Position numbers and translations under genes: made by a program. The notes under the pieces are model-generated. The model saw nothing but the letters and a program-made list of their open reading frames with translations, made no database searches and was not told the DNA's origin. Below, one piece after another: positions 31,601-42,087 of a stretch of 64,000 nt of DNA. The stretch covers positions 536,007-600,006 of the forward strand of contig JACROE010000002.1 in assembly GCA_016214565.1 (NCBI GenBank). The letters are read 5' to 3'. This stretch comes from Candidatus Kerfeldbacteria bacterium (lineage in GTDB: Bacteria > Patescibacteriota > Patescibacteriia > UBA10025 > JAHIVO01). The stretch's first letter is position 1, and each line of letters begins with the position of its first letter.

Positions 31601-32537
31601 GTTCCATACTGGTGGTGTGGCTGGTCGTGATATCACCCAAGGGTTGCCTCGGGTTGAGGAATTATTTGAAGCGCGCCCGATCCGTCGTCCCGCGTTAATC
31701 GCCAATGTGTCGGGCAAGGTTAGCATTAAAGATGGTGAGGATAAACGCACTAAAGTGATTACGATTCGCTATGATGCAGTTGAGGATCATCAATATCCTT
31801 GGAAAGACAAGAAAAAAGTAACACTGAAGGTGAAAGCCGGTCAGGTGGTGAAGGATGACGCAGTACTCTTTGTCGACGGATCAAATGAAGTGAAGGCAAA
31901 ATTTGGCGGCACCGTGAAATTGTCTGATCAAGGTGTCAGCATTGTGGCGGAGCATGAGAAAGAGCGCGAATTTATCGCTACCCCAGGGCAAATCGTCTGG
32001 GTGAAGGAAGGTGATCTCGTGAATGTCGGCGATCAATTGACTGACGGAAGCGTTGATTTACATCAGTTATTCTATCTCAAAGGCCAGGAAGCAGTGCAAC
32101 GCTATGTTATCCGTGAAATTCAGTATATCTACTCATCTCAGGGCCAAAAATTGAATGAGAAACACATTGAAATTGTAGTCCGCCAGATGTTCTCACGTGT
32201 CTATGTGAAAACCCCAGGTGATACTAACCTTTTGTCAGGTGAGATAATTGAACGGACTCGGTACGTCGATGCCAATGCTGAAGTGAAAGCGAAAAAGGGC
32301 GAACTGGCCGATGTTGAACAGCTGTTGTTGGGCATTACGAAGGCCTCGCTCTCCATTGATAGCTTCCTATCGGCGGCGTCATTCCAGGAAACGGCTCGTG
32401 TCTTGATAGATGCGGCTGTCTCCGGTAAGGTTGACACCTTACGTGGTTTGAAGGAAAACGTCATTATCGGTAAGCTCATCCCGGCTGGCAGCGGTTTTGC
32501 CACTCGAAAGAATATCCCACCCGCAAAAGACGCCTAG
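28668..32537 (+). CDS. rpoC: RNA polymerase beta' subunit
   Basis: KPETINYRT, Zn finger, NADFDGDQMAVH, GEPGTQLTMRTFH, SAASFQET. Confidence 0.99.
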   Translation: MIGEVSSTTVDFNAIRLKLASPDGILGWSHGEVTKPETINYRTQKPEKDGLFCEKIFGPTKDWECYCGKYKKVRYKGIVCDKCGVEVTRSIVRRERMGHIQLAAPVSHIWFLRGVPSKIGLMLDLSVQDLEKVIYFANFIITSVDPELRDQTVAQIDVEFEAKKKSIEADTSRIANDIKQRLTAAGTDAAKDIIKELNDELQANQQRKEKKMEDLDEAVELAKRELKSLKPLQIISEQQYRDLSLKYGHVFEAEIGAEAIRNLLLKIDLDVEIAKLEKEIIDLPEAKLRRAVRRLKLFKSFKINKFRPEWMIMTVVPVIPPDLRPMVQLDGGRFAASDLNDLYRRVINRNNRLKRLIALNSPEVIRRNEKRMLQEAIDALIDNNARHGKTVTASTGQKRQLKSIADILKGKQGRFRQNLLGKRVDYSGRSVIVVGPHLRMDQCGLPKRMALELFKPFIISQLIKREFVHNVRSASRFIESGRAEVWDILEEVSKDAHVLLNRAPTLHRLGIQAFRPVLIEGKAIQVHPLVCPAFNADFDGDQMAVHVPLTENAKREAAELIASINNLLKPSTGQPIVSPTQDLVLGMYYITVLREHPDSELRLFASTDEALMCEGLGLMHIQDAAKVQINGKIVVTSPGRIIFNRLLPDDYGFVNETMDKKNLSKLISTILHTYGNTTTTDILDKLKSTSFTYLTRSGISWGMDDLVTPPEKRPILNEAEKQVEEIEQHFEQGLLTDDERHMKVIEIWAMAKDRIQEVSRRALDQKGPIFSMIESGARGSWAQTTQMMGMKGLVTNPAGDTIELPVKGSFKEGFDVLEYFISTHGARKGLSDTALRTANAGYLTRRLVDVSQDVIVSEEDCGDTDGFVLLDDSSEFGETMAKRLLGRVVLEDIKDAKGKVIVKKNELVTEAHMPKIEKVKFDKVRIRSVLACKSSWGICQHCYGYDLGFNKMVELGVAAGIIAAQSIGEPGTQLTMRTFHTGGVAGRDITQGLPRVEELFEARPIRRPALIANVSGKVSIKDGEDKRTKVITIRYDAVEDHQYPWKDKKKVTLKVKAGQVVKDDAVLFVDGSNEVKAKFGGTVKLSDQGVSIVAEHEKEREFIATPGQIVWVKEGDLVNVGDQLTDGSVDLHQLFYLKGQEAVQRYVIREIQYIYSSQGQKLNEKHIEIVVRQMFSRVYVKTPGDTNLLSGEIIERTRYVDANAEVKAKKGELADVEQLLLGITKASLSIDSFLSAASFQETARVLIDAAVSGKVDTLRGLKENVIIGKLIPAGSGFATRKNIPPAKDA

Positions 32538-32560
32538 GCGCTCGTATTCATTTTGAATTC

Positions 32561-32607
32561 AAACCGTCCTGCTTCACTCGTCGAGAGTCGCTGCGGGACG
32601 GTTTTTG
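32561..32607 (+). terminator. Intrinsic terminator after rpoC
   Basis: AAACCGTCCTGC / GCGGGACGGTTT stem plus T-run. Confidence 0.7.
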
Positions 32608-32684
32608 GATTGAAAAAAGGCCTGAATAATGGTATACTCAAGCAACGCCAGTAGAAGAAGAGTGAGGCGTTTTCATTATTTCGC

Positions 32685-35042
32685 ATGGTACAAAAATCAA
32701 AGCTTGAAAAATACAAAAAAGAGGCTCGACGCGAGCAGCGCGCGGATGGGGAACCCCGGCTACCGGTGGCGTCCCGCCTGAAGCCAGAAACCAAGCACGG
32801 CATTTATGTGGTACTGCTTTTTACGTTAGCCATCGTTACTACCTTTAGCTTGTTTGGTTGGGCTGGGCAATTCGGTGAAGCGGTTCGCACTGTTCTATTA
32901 TACGTCTTTGGTTGGGGGAAAATTGCAGTTCCACTGATACTCTTTATTATTGGCTATTTACTGGTTCGTCCGCAGCAGTATTCATTTCGCCTGGCCAATG
33001 GCATAGGCCTCGGGTTGTTATTTTTGAGCGGCACGGGCTTTCTTCATTTGGTGGGATTGCCGCTGGCTGAGGCGACCTCGGCTATCAGCTCAGGACGCGG
33101 CGGCGGGTACGTCGGACTGCTGCTTTCCTATCCATTGGAAAGCGTGATGGGTCCCTGGGCAACGGGCGTCATATTGTTGGCCGTGTTTTTAATTTCCCTC
33201 ATGGTCATGTTTGATGTGTCGCTTAAGCGTATGTATGAGCAAGGGAATTTTATGGCACGGATCGGCGAACGGTTTCGGGAATTTTTCTATAAATTGCGGT
33301 TGAATATGAATCGTTCCGACGATGTTGACGATGCAGATGGCGCCGCAATTGATGATACTGTTGAGGATATGGCATCCGATGAAACGGCTGCCCCGCCGAG
33401 TTTTCAGGTGTCCTCGGTAGCTGATACTACCGGCGAATCGACACCGGCGACCACTGCGTCGGCCGCTGAATCGCAGGAGCAGATTGCCATGTTTGCCGAA
33501 GAGAAAAAACGTAAGCGGAAGATTGACATACCCATTGATTTACTCGAATCCAGCGCGGAAAAACCAACCAGCGGGGACATCGAAAAGAATAAGGAAACAA
33601 TTTACAATACCTTTAAGAATTTTGGCATCAATGTGGAAATGGGCGAGACCAAGGTAGGTCCGACTGTCACGCAGTTCACCCTTAAGCCAGATGAAGGCGT
33701 TAAGCTTGCCCAGATCACGACCCTGGGCAACGATTTAGCTTTAGCCTTGGCCGCACATCCGATTCGTATCGAGGCGCCGATCCCTGGCAAATCGTTGGTG
33801 GGCATTGAAGTGCCCAACAAAGCCGTGGCTGTGGTGAAGCTCAAGGAGATATTGATGAGCAAGGAATTCAAGAAACGCAAATCAAATTTAGCTATTGGTA
33901 TCGGCAAAGACGTATCTGGTTCGATTTGGATCGAGGATATTGGCCCGATGCCGCACTTATTGATTGCCGGATCGACGGGCTCGGGTAAGTCCGTAATGCT
34001 CAACGCCATTATTTTGAGCTTGCTGTATCAAAATTCTCCCGATGATTTAAAACTTATTTTAGTTGATCCGAAACGCGTGGAACTATCTATTTATAACGGC
34101 ATTCCGCACTTGATAACGCCGGTGGTTAATGAGGTGGACAAGACAATCAATGCCTTGCGCTGGGTGGTCGGAGAGATGGATCGCCGCTATCAACTATTAT
34201 CAAAAACAGGACATCGCAATATTGGCGCGTATAATCGGGATAATGGCAATATGATGCCGTATCTGGTGGTGGCCATTGATGAATTAGCTGACCTGATGTC
34301 CGTGGCAGCCAATGAAGTGGAAGCGGCCATCGTTCGTCTGGCGCAAATGGCGCGGGCAGTTGGCATTCATTTGATTCTGGCTACCCAGCGTCCGTCGGTG
34401 GATATCATTACTGGTTTGATCAAAGCGAATATTACCACCCGAATTGCTTTTGCGGTTGCCTCTCAAATTGACTCACGGACCATTTTAGATACCGGTGGAG
34501 CGGAAAAATTACTCGGGCGCGGGGATATGCTCTACACCTCATCGCAATTATCGAAGCCACGGAGGTTGCAGGGCGCTTTTATTTCCGATGATGAGATAAA
34601 TCGAGTCGTGGCATATCTGAAGAGCAAGGGCCAGCCGGAGTACCAGGAAGAAGTGGTGAAGAAGGTGGTCGATCGCACCTTGATCGGTTCGTTCGACGAT
34701 ATGGGCGATGACGAGCTGGTCGGGCAGGCGAAAGACATTGTAGTCAAAGCTGGAAAAGCCTCAGCTTCATTCCTACAGCGTCGTTTGCGTATTGGGTATG
34801 CACGCGCTGCACGACTCCTTGATATTCTCGAGGAGCAAGGCGTGATTGGGCCTGGTGATGGGGCGAAGCCTCGCGAAATTTTAGTTTCGCGAAGCGGTAT
34901 GACTGATTCTTTTGGCGACGATGAATTCCCCGCTGGCGAAGAAACTGATGCGGATGAGGAGACGGAAACGGATGAAACGGAGGAGGCTGCCGCGGATGAG
35001 GAGACGGATGAAACCGACCAGACCGATGATGAGAGGGCCTAG
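32685..35042 (+). CDS. ftsK: DNA translocase FtsK/SpoIIIE
   Basis: N-terminal 4TM, PHLLIAGSTGSGKS, DELADLM, ATQRPSVD, gamma domain QRRLRIGYARAARL. Confidence 0.97.
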   Translation: MVQKSKLEKYKKEARREQRADGEPRLPVASRLKPETKHGIYVVLLFTLAIVTTFSLFGWAGQFGEAVRTVLLYVFGWGKIAVPLILFIIGYLLVRPQQYSFRLANGIGLGLLFLSGTGFLHLVGLPLAEATSAISSGRGGGYVGLLLSYPLESVMGPWATGVILLAVFLISLMVMFDVSLKRMYEQGNFMARIGERFREFFYKLRLNMNRSDDVDDADGAAIDDTVEDMASDETAAPPSFQVSSVADTTGESTPATTASAAESQEQIAMFAEEKKRKRKIDIPIDLLESSAEKPTSGDIEKNKETIYNTFKNFGINVEMGETKVGPTVTQFTLKPDEGVKLAQITTLGNDLALALAAHPIRIEAPIPGKSLVGIEVPNKAVAVVKLKEILMSKEFKKRKSNLAIGIGKDVSGSIWIEDIGPMPHLLIAGSTGSGKSVMLNAIILSLLYQNSPDDLKLILVDPKRVELSIYNGIPHLITPVVNEVDKTINALRWVVGEMDRRYQLLSKTGHRNIGAYNRDNGNMMPYLVVAIDELADLMSVAANEVEAAIVRLAQMARAVGIHLILATQRPSVDIITGLIKANITTRIAFAVASQIDSRTILDTGGAEKLLGRGDMLYTSSQLSKPRRLQGAFISDDEINRVVAYLKSKGQPEYQEEVVKKVVDRTLIGSFDDMGDDELVGQAKDIVVKAGKASASFLQRRLRIGYARAARLLDILEEQGVIGPGDGAKPREILVSRSGMTDSFGDDEFPAGEETDADEETETDETEEAAADEETDETDQTDDERA

Positions 35043-35044
35043 CT

Positions 35045-35728
35045 ATGGCAGTATTCCAACGCCGAACCATCGAACGATTTAAAACACTCGGCGAGCGCTT
35101 GCGCAAAGTCCGAGAAGAGTCGGGCTACTCGCTCGAGGAAGTCGAGCGAGCGATCCAAATTCGTCGAGTTTATCTCGAAGCGCTGGAAACCGGGCAGTAT
35201 ACACAACTGCCAGGGTCTTTGTATATTGAGCAGTACCTGAAACGATATGCGGAATTTTTGAAAGTGGATAGTGCCTATGTCCTGGATCTGTATCGTGAAC
35301 GGGAGAAGCGGGTCGTAGCGCCGATGGAACGGCATCGTTTTGAACCGCAACAGGCATCCATGCCAAAAGAATTTGTCACGCCGCGTATTATCCGACGACT
35401 ATTAATTATTGTGGTAGTGGTCATTGCCTTTGCGTATCTCATATATACCGTGGTTACTGTTTTTTCTCCTCCACCACTCACTATTACCAGTCCCGACACT
35501 AATGTCGTAGTTACCGCGCCGACGATTACGGTTTCGGGCGTGACCGAACCAGAGACCACGGTGACGATTAATGGACGTGAAGTTTTTCTCGATACCGGTG
35601 GTGTGTTCGAAGAAACCATTACGCTGACCGAAGGGATTAACCAGATAAAAATAACCTCAGCAAAAAAACGCAGCAAACCAACTCAGGTCATTCGCATTAT
35701 TAAGCTTGAAGCGGCGTCCCAAGAATAG
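35045..35728 (+). CDS. RodZ-like HTH membrane protein with C-terminal Ig-like domain
   Basis: [11 protein letters not shown]...YLEALETG...YAEFL; TM; [15 protein letters not shown]; located between ftsK and recA. Confidence 0.8.
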   Translation: MAVFQRRTIERFKTLGERLRKVREESGYSLEEVERAIQIRRVYLEALETGQYTQLPGSLYIEQYLKRYAEFLKVDSAYVLDLYREREKRVVAPMERHRFEPQQASMPKEFVTPRIIRRLLIIVVVVIAFAYLIYTVVTVFSPPPLTITSPDTNVVVTAPTITVSGVTEPETTVTINGREVFLDTGGVFEETITLTEGINQIKITSAKKRSKPTQVIRIIKLEAASQE

Positions 35729-35766
35729 TATACTGGAGAATACCTCTAATCATTCATAATAACGGT

Positions 35767-36813
35767 ATGCCAAAATCAACCGACAAGAAAGCGACCTCCC
35801 CCCGGGCTCAAGCCGCACTTGAGGCAATTAATCAGATTAAAGAGCGCTTTGGTGAAGGGTCAATCATGAAGCTGGGAGAAGCGCAGCGGGTGGATGTGGA
35901 CGTGGTCCCCACGGGATGCGTCTCACTTGATCTCGCCTTAGGTGTCGGCGGTGTACCGCGTGGCCGCATCATCGAAATCTATGGGCCAGAAGCATCAGGT
36001 AAAACAACTCTTGCCCAGCACATCGTGGCGTCTGTCCAACGCATGGGTGGCACTGCTGCATTCGTTGATGCTGAGCACGCCCTTGATCCTCAGTATGCCC
36101 GCAAGATAGGGGTGAACGTGGATGAACTTTTTATTTCTCAGCCAGACACCGGTGAGCAAGCATTGGAAATTACCGAGACACTGGTTCGGTCAAACGGCGT
36201 GGACGTGGTGGTAGTTGATTCGGTGGCGGCACTCGTGCCCAAGGCTGAAATCGAAGGTGAAATGGGTGACTCGCACATGGGTCTCCAGGCGCGACTCATG
36301 AGTCAGGCATTGCGTAAATTAGCCGGCATTGTCAGCAAGACCAAAACTGTGGTTATTTTCATCAACCAGACTCGCATGAAGATTGGCGTTTTTTTCGGCA
36401 ATCCTGAGACGACCACTGGCGGTATGGCACTGAAGTTCTACGCTTCTGTCCGCGTCGAAGTTCGCCGTTCCGCTCAGATCAAGAAAGGTGAGGAATCTAT
36501 CGGCAATCGGGTGAAGGTTAAAATCGTAAAGAATAAAGTAGCCCCGCCATTCCGCACCACTGAATTTGACATCATGTACAATGAAGGCATCTCCATTGCC
36601 GGCGATTTATTGGACACTGGCATCAAATATAACGTATTACAGAAGTCGGGCAACTCAGTCAGCTTTGGCGACGTGAAATTAGGCGTTGGCCGTGAAGCTG
36701 CTCGTCTCTTCCTCCGTCAGGATGCGAAACTGATGCAGGCGATTCGAGAGAAAATCATTGAGGCAGCCGCTGCCGCCGAAGCCGCTCAGGCACTACCGCA
36801 AAAAGCAGAATAA
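35767..36813 (+). CDS. recA: Recombinase A
   Basis: [42 protein letters not shown]. Confidence 0.99.
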   Translation: MPKSTDKKATSPRAQAALEAINQIKERFGEGSIMKLGEAQRVDVDVVPTGCVSLDLALGVGGVPRGRIIEIYGPEASGKTTLAQHIVASVQRMGGTAAFVDAEHALDPQYARKIGVNVDELFISQPDTGEQALEITETLVRSNGVDVVVVDSVAALVPKAEIEGEMGDSHMGLQARLMSQALRKLAGIVSKTKTVVIFINQTRMKIGVFFGNPETTTGGMALKFYASVRVEVRRSAQIKKGEESIGNRVKVKIVKNKVAPPFRTTEFDIMYNEGISIAGDLLDTGIKYNVLQKSGNSVSFGDVKLGVGREAARLFLRQDAKLMQAIREKIIEAAAAAEAAQALPQKAE

Positions 36814-36927
36814 CCCAATCAAATAGCTAAAACCACAATACCCACTGGACAAGTGGGTATTGTGTATGGCATACTAGCAAAAACTGAAATTCACGAATTG
36901 GTTATATACACGTTAAGGAGGCGTGCT

Positions 36928-37281
36928 ATGCTGTATCCGGCTAAAGTTGATTGGCTCTTTTATGAGCAGGTCCTGGTGGTCTTATATCGCCGAGTTCAGG
37001 GATTGCGTCGGGTTCCCCGTGCTGAACTATGCCATGAGCTCATGGCCATGGGTGATCAGTACGCCCATGATGGCGATAAGCCTTTTCCGGGTTGTTTGCC
37101 CGAGTTCGCCCCGTTTGGTGGCCTCTGGTATCCGCACGAAGAATTCTTGCGGAAATACAACTTGCTCAACCTGGCGACCTGGCGGAATCTCATGCGGAGA
37201 TTCCGGAACATAGAGGTGAATGACCCTGAGGTCATCGCATTTACCGACGAACTCTGTGTTCGTCTCAACATCGCTGCTTGA
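36928..37281 (+). CDS. Hypothetical protein (117 aa)
   Basis: TAAGGAGG SD before ATG 36928; hairpin terminator 37306-37345. Confidence 0.6.
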   Translation: MLYPAKVDWLFYEQVLVVLYRRVQGLRRVPRAELCHELMAMGDQYAHDGDKPFPGCLPEFAPFGGLWYPHEEFLRKYNLLNLATWRNLMRRFRNIEVNDPEVIAFTDELCVRLNIAA

Positions 37282-37346
37282 GGGAGTTACACCTCCAAAC
37301 CTAAACATCCCCGCTATTCACTATATGAATGGCGGGTGATTTTTTA

Positions 37347-38138
37347 TTAGTGCATGCGATGAAGTTGCGGTTTGACCGGCTCCCAGAGCCACCGCTGTGC
37401 CAGCTCTGCCATGTGCGAAGGAATGTCGCTAAAGTAATATTGGTGATTGGGATTTTTTGGCAATGACTGTTCAAGCTCGGGGTGAGCCGTCAGGTACTGG
37501 CGAAGTGCGGCCACGGTCGGAACAGCTGGGTCGATTAGAAAGACACGCTTGCCGATTTTTTGCTGAATGACATTGCGCAGGATGGGGTAATGCGTGCAGC
37601 CGAGGATGAGCGTGTCAATCTGATGCCGTTTGAGCGGGGTGAGGTAGCGGCGAGCAGTAATCTTCGTAATCTGGTCATTGATCCAACCTTCTTCTGCTAA
37701 TGGCACGAAGAGCGGACAAGCTTTGCTGGTAATTGATGCTTGTGGCCGGTGACTGGCGATAGTTTTCTGGTAGATGTCGCTATTGATTGTGGTACGGGTA
37801 CCGATAACGCCGATATGGCCTGATGTGGAGTGACGAGCGGCAGCCTCAGCCGCCGGGGTAATCACTTCGAAGAACGGGATCTGTGGGTAGGCTGCGCGTA
37901 AGCTTTCGGTGGCAACTGCGGAGGCGGTATTGCAGGCGATCACGATAATCTGGGCGCCCTGGGCAATGAGGAACTCGGTATTTTCTTTGGCGTACTGGAT
38001 GACGGTATCCGTGCTTTTGTTGCCATAGGGCGTGCGGGCGGTATCGCCAAAATACGCCAGCTGGTAATCAGGCAATTGTTTACGTAATTCTTTGACGACC
38101 GTCAGGCCGCCGATACCAGAATCAAAGACACCGATCAT
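37347..38138 (-). CDS. murI: Glutamate racemase
   Basis: FDSGIGG, PYG, IACNTAS, LGCTHYP. Confidence 0.97.
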   Translation of the reverse strand: MIGVFDSGIGGLTVVKELRKQLPDYQLAYFGDTARTPYGNKSTDTVIQYAKENTEFLIAQGAQIIVIACNTASAVATESLRAAYPQIPFFEVITPAAEAAARHSTSGHIGVIGTRTTINSDIYQKTIASHRPQASITSKACPLFVPLAEEGWINDQITKITARRYLTPLKRHQIDTLILGCTHYPILRNVIQQKIGKRVFLIDPAVPTVAALRQYLTAHPELEQSLPKNPNHQYYFSDIPSHMAELAQRWLWEPVKPQLHRMH

Positions 38139-38797
38139 AAGGATTGAATTACAGGGATAGTAATCTGAGTTAATCGTTGTACCATGCGGTCGGCTTTTTG
38201 TAAATCCCGGGCGGAATTATACCGTTGCTTGAGCCCGATGCAGCGCATCCGCGCGCGATGGGCGGCTACGACTCCGCTCAACGTGTCCTCGATCACCAAA
38301 CATCGTTCCGGCGGGGTATGTAATTTCCTGGCAGTGGTGAGGAAAATTTCCGGGCTTGGTTTGCTGTGTCTAAAATCATCACCGGAGACCACCGCTGAGA
38401 AATATTTTTTTAATTGATATCGTTTAAGTACATAGGCGATGACTGGGTGGGGTGATGATGAGGCCAGTGCCAGGGGGAAACGACGAGAAACTTTCGCCAG
38501 TAGACCACGGATTCCAGGAATGAGTTTCAGCTGCTCATCAAAAATGCTCAAGAGGAATTTAACTCGCTCTCGGTAGAGCAGATGGTAGGGATCGGTGATG
38601 CCATAAAACCGTTGCATCATCATGATGGCATGTCGCTGATTTCGCCCGCGATAGTGCGTATTGACGAAACGGCGGTATGAGGCAGAGGTGGGCACTTCCA
38701 GTCCGCGTTTTGCTAACTGTCGACGATAGGCCTCAGCCCAGAGATCCTCGGAGTCAATAACGACCCCGTCCATATCAAAGATAATCGCTTCGATCAT
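38135..38797 (-). CDS. HAD-family phosphatase (beta-PGM-like)
   Basis: FDMDGVVIDSE, ASSS, KPSPEIF, VIED. Confidence 0.9.
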   Translation of the reverse strand: MIEAIIFDMDGVVIDSEDLWAEAYRRQLAKRGLEVPTSASYRRFVNTHYRGRNQRHAIMMMQRFYGITDPYHLLYRERVKFLLSIFDEQLKLIPGIRGLLAKVSRRFPLALASSSPHPVIAYVLKRYQLKKYFSAVVSGDDFRHSKPSPEIFLTTARKLHTPPERCLVIEDTLSGVVAAHRARMRCIGLKQRYNSARDLQKADRMVQRLTQITIPVIQSL

Positions 38798-40143
38798 GCA
38801 ATAATTGATTTGATGTAGCTAACCACTTCGGTCTTTTTTTCTTCCAGCAGTTCAGGCGTATCAGCTTCAAGCGTGATGCGGAGGAGTGGCTCAGTATTGG
38901 AGGGGCGGACATTAAACCACCAGGTGGGGTATTGCACCGTGAGACCATCCAGCTCGTCTTGGGTACCGTCGGCATATTTCTGCTTCACCTCAGTGATTAC
39001 TTTGAGCGTTTCATCCGTTTCAATGTTGATTTCATCACTTTTTGCGTAGGGGATGAGATCGGCGACTAGGGTAGATAATTTTTTGTTGTGTTGGGAAATG
39101 AGCATCCACAAAATGGCAAACGAAATAAAACCGGAGTCAGCATAGAAATTGTCTTTATAGGCGTAGTGAGCAGATAATTCGCCGCTCATGACACCGTCAC
39201 CCTCTCGCATAGTTTGGGCGACATTGACGAAGCCGACCTTACTGCGCAGCGGTCGCCCGCCCCACTCGGCGATGCGCTCGGGCACTGCCTTGCTGCAAAT
39301 AACGTTGTAGGCGATGCCAGCACCGGGGTACCGCTCCAGGAAGTATTTTGCCAGGATTAATAGGGTAGCATCGGCTCGAATAAACACTCCTGTCTCGGTG
39401 ACAAAAAATAGTCGGTCGGTATCACCGTCAAAGATAACGCCGAAGTCTGCCTTGTGCTTGATTACCGCCTGAGTGATTTCTACTTGTGATTCCGGCATAA
39501 GCGGATTTGAGGGATGGGCGGGGAAGGTACCATCCAGAGTGAAGTTGAGGGGGATGATAGTGCCGGGTAATTGCTTCGTTAATTCAGGAATAACTTTACC
39601 AGCCATGCCATTGCCTGCGTCGACGACAATGGTGAATGGTTTCAGCGCTTTCTGATCGACAAACGAGAGCACGTGCTGAATATATGCATTCATGACATCA
39701 CGTGATTGTACGGTGCCGGGTTGGTCACTGTCAGTAAATTTTTTGTCTTGAATGAAGTCGTATAATTCTTTGCCTCTGACATACTGCAGTTGGTCACCAT
39801 GTTTGACTACCATTTTGATGCCATTGTATTCCCTGGGATTATGCGATGCGGTCACCATCATACCGCCATCATAGTCATAGGTGCCGACGGTAAAATATGT
39901 CATGTCGATGGATACCATGCCAATATCATCTACGATTACGCCCTGGCTGGTGAGACCTTTGATGAGTGCCGCGGCCAGCTCAGGAGACCCGATGCGCATA
40001 TCGCGTCCAATCACCACTTTTTTCGCGCTGGTTAATTGGGCATAGGCTTGTCCGATGAGAAAAGCGGTTTCAACCGTTAAATCGGTCGGGTAAATTCCGC
40101 GGACGTCGTAGCTTTTGAAAACTTTTTGATGGATTGTCTGCAT
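38794..40143 (-). CDS. Phosphomannomutase/phosphoglucomutase
   Basis: YDVRG, TASHNP, FDGDTDR, GELSAH, VRPSNTEP. Confidence 0.95.
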   Translation of the reverse strand: MQTIHQKVFKSYDVRGIYPTDLTVETAFLIGQAYAQLTSAKKVVIGRDMRIGSPELAAALIKGLTSQGVIVDDIGMVSIDMTYFTVGTYDYDGGMMVTASHNPREYNGIKMVVKHGDQLQYVRGKELYDFIQDKKFTDSDQPGTVQSRDVMNAYIQHVLSFVDQKALKPFTIVVDAGNGMAGKVIPELTKQLPGTIIPLNFTLDGTFPAHPSNPLMPESQVEITQAVIKHKADFGVIFDGDTDRLFFVTETGVFIRADATLLILAKYFLERYPGAGIAYNVICSKAVPERIAEWGGRPLRSKVGFVNVAQTMREGDGVMSGELSAHYAYKDNFYADSGFISFAILWMLISQHNKKLSTLVADLIPYAKSDEINIETDETLKVITEVKQKYADGTQDELDGLTVQYPTWWFNVRPSNTEPLLRITLEADTPELLEEKKTEVVSYIKSIIA

Positions 40144-40146
40144 ACA

Positions 40147-41298
40147 TTATTTTTTACTCGACGGCGTTCGTTTGGTCAGGATTACCCAGAGTGTACCGAG
40201 AAACCAGATTGAACTAACGAGCGAGACGGTCCAGCCAATCGTCGGAATATTGGCAAGCGCTACAACAATCAGCGTGCCCAGCATCATGCGCCAGATGAAT
40301 GGAGTCGTTTTGCCATTCCGATTGAGGAGCCAGGTGCCCAGCAGGGTTCCCACAAATATTTTTGACAAATATATTGCCAGCAGATAGCAGCCCAGGCTGA
40401 TGAGCCCGAGCGGCAAACCAATGAGCGTCATCATGGCAATCACTGAAAGGATTGGCACGGCGATAAACAGTAAAAGCCCCCAGAGCATAATGATGACAGG
40501 TTCGACTTGCATCCGTTTCATGGTCGACTCAATGCGTTCACTGGCAATGCTGACCACTATAGTGCCCACTAAGAGCAGGCCAAAGAGGCCAATTAATTCA
40601 CTGAGGATCCATGCTCGCGTGAAGAAGTCCTTGTCGAATTCAAGGTTGGCATTGAATTGGCGATGCACCGTATTGCCAGTAATCACCGCCGCCGTTGAGA
40701 CGTTTGCCGCCTGTGTACCGCGATAGGTGAAATCCCCATTGATGACGGCGCTATCACCCAGGGTAATACGTCCCTTTTCTCCCAGCGTAACGTCGACATT
40801 ACTCCCAATAGTATTGGAAATAGATACAGCCTCGCCTGCTAAGGAGACATTCCCACCGATCGGTCCATTCAGTTGCAGCGTCCGCCCGCCCGCAATAATG
40901 CTCCATCCAATCGTGGCTTCATCATCAAGCGTAATGGTTTCACCGGCTACGGTCACATTTTTTCCTACGGGAGCATTGATGCTGATGCGCTGGCCACCGG
41001 CGCGGACATTACCCGCTACGGGACCATTGATCTCCAGCGTGCCTGCGCCGCTGATGACATCACCATTGACCGTGCCATTGATGGTGATCGTGCTGCCAAA
41101 GGCATAGACATCACCATTGACCGTGCCATTGATGGTGATTTGATCGCCTGCCGCGAACAGGTTATCGTCAATGGTTTCATCCTTGGCAATGGTAATCTGC
41201 TCTTCGGTACTGATGGATAATGCCTGGCTAGTCTGAGGGAGTAGCGCGATCCCCATGACTAAAAATCCGAACAGAATGGCGGCGTGGCGTAGTTTCAT
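40147..41298 (-). CDS. Secreted beta-helix (bactofilin-like repeat) protein with multi-TM C-terminus
   Basis: Signal peptide from ATG 41298; repeated ITINGTVNGDV units; several C-terminal TM helices. Confidence 0.75.
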   Translation of the reverse strand: MKLRHAAILFGFLVMGIALLPQTSQALSISTEEQITIAKDETIDDNLFAAGDQITINGTVNGDVYAFGSTITINGTVNGDVISGAGTLEINGPVAGNVRAGGQRISINAPVGKNVTVAGETITLDDEATIGWSIIAGGRTLQLNGPIGGNVSLAGEAVSISNTIGSNVDVTLGEKGRITLGDSAVINGDFTYRGTQAANVSTAAVITGNTVHRQFNANLEFDKDFFTRAWILSELIGLFGLLLVGTIVVSIASERIESTMKRMQVEPVIIMLWGLLLFIAVPILSVIAMMTLIGLPLGLISLGCYLLAIYLSKIFVGTLLGTWLLNRNGKTTPFIWRMMLGTLIVVALANIPTIGWTVSLVSSIWFLGTLWVILTKRTPSSKK

Positions 41299-41363
41299 AG
41301 GTAAGTATGTGTGCAATACATTAATATTTCTTGCCGTTACGGTACCACGAAATATGTCTTTTT

Positions 41364-42083
41364 TCAATGCTTTTGGGCGACGGTAGTCAGATTGAATCCT
41401 TTGGTTGCTGGCGCGGCAATTCCATTTGCCGTGTACTGGTGATAGATTAGTGAAAGGTTGTTTTGTTTGAGCAGTTTTCCGAGACTGCCTTTTGAAAATA
41501 AATGGAGATATCGTTTTCCCTGCACTACGCCTGATTGGTTTTTCCATGGCTTTTCTACATCTCCCCAATCTAATGAATTCATGCCGAGCATTTTTTTCAA
41601 TGAATAGCGTACGAGGAGTCCCCACCACTGGGCGTGCCAGAGATTCCATTCGGTGAGGCAGAGGTAACCGCCGGGTTTGAGGACGCGGGCTGCTTCTTGG
41701 ATGGCAGCGCGGCGGAGCTCCCGTGACGGAATATGATGCAGTGTGGCGACGCAGCAAACCACGTCGAATTGCTGGTCGGGAAATGGCAATTCAGTTGCCT
41801 CACTGACCAGGAAGGTAGCCGCTGGGTGTGCTTGTTTGGCAATATCAATGAGCGCCATGCTATTATCTACGCCGGTATAATGGATTTCCTTTTTTTCGAG
41901 AAAAGTAGCCAGCCGGCCATTGCCACAGCCTATGTCTAATACGCGATTGCCTGTTTTGACATATGGCTCAAATAGGGTAAACTCCCCCCACGGATGCGAC
42001 CTCGTGCCAGAAAATTGCTGGGCAATCCGGTTGTATACCTGCTTGTTTTCCTTTACAATCCTTTGTGCACGTGCCTGTTTCAT
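41364..42083 (-). CDS. Class I SAM methyltransferase, Trm9/ALKBH8-like
   Basis: VYNRIAQQFSGTRSHPW, LDIGCGNGR, ATLHHIPS...RVLKPGG, RYLHLFS. Confidence 0.8.
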   Translation of the reverse strand: MKQARAQRIVKENKQVYNRIAQQFSGTRSHPWGEFTLFEPYVKTGNRVLDIGCGNGRLATFLEKKEIHYTGVDNSMALIDIAKQAHPAATFLVSEATELPFPDQQFDVVCCVATLHHIPSRELRRAAIQEAARVLKPGGYLCLTEWNLWHAQWWGLLVRYSLKKMLGMNSLDWGDVEKPWKNQSGVVQGKRYLHLFSKGSLGKLLKQNNLSLIYHQYTANGIAAPATKGFNLTTVAQKH

Positions 42084-42087
42084 ATAT

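Noticed and set aside
41058-41139. Duplicated ~31-bp sequence
   Set aside because: Encodes the ITINGTVNGDV beta-helix repeat of the protein
41299-41757. N-terminal extension of the 40147-41757 ORF
   Set aside because: Overlaps the methyltransferase gene; the signal peptide starts at ATG 41298
41920-42087. N-terminal extension of the Elp3 ORF
   Set aside because: Antisense to the methyltransferase CDS; ATG 42088 is the plausible start
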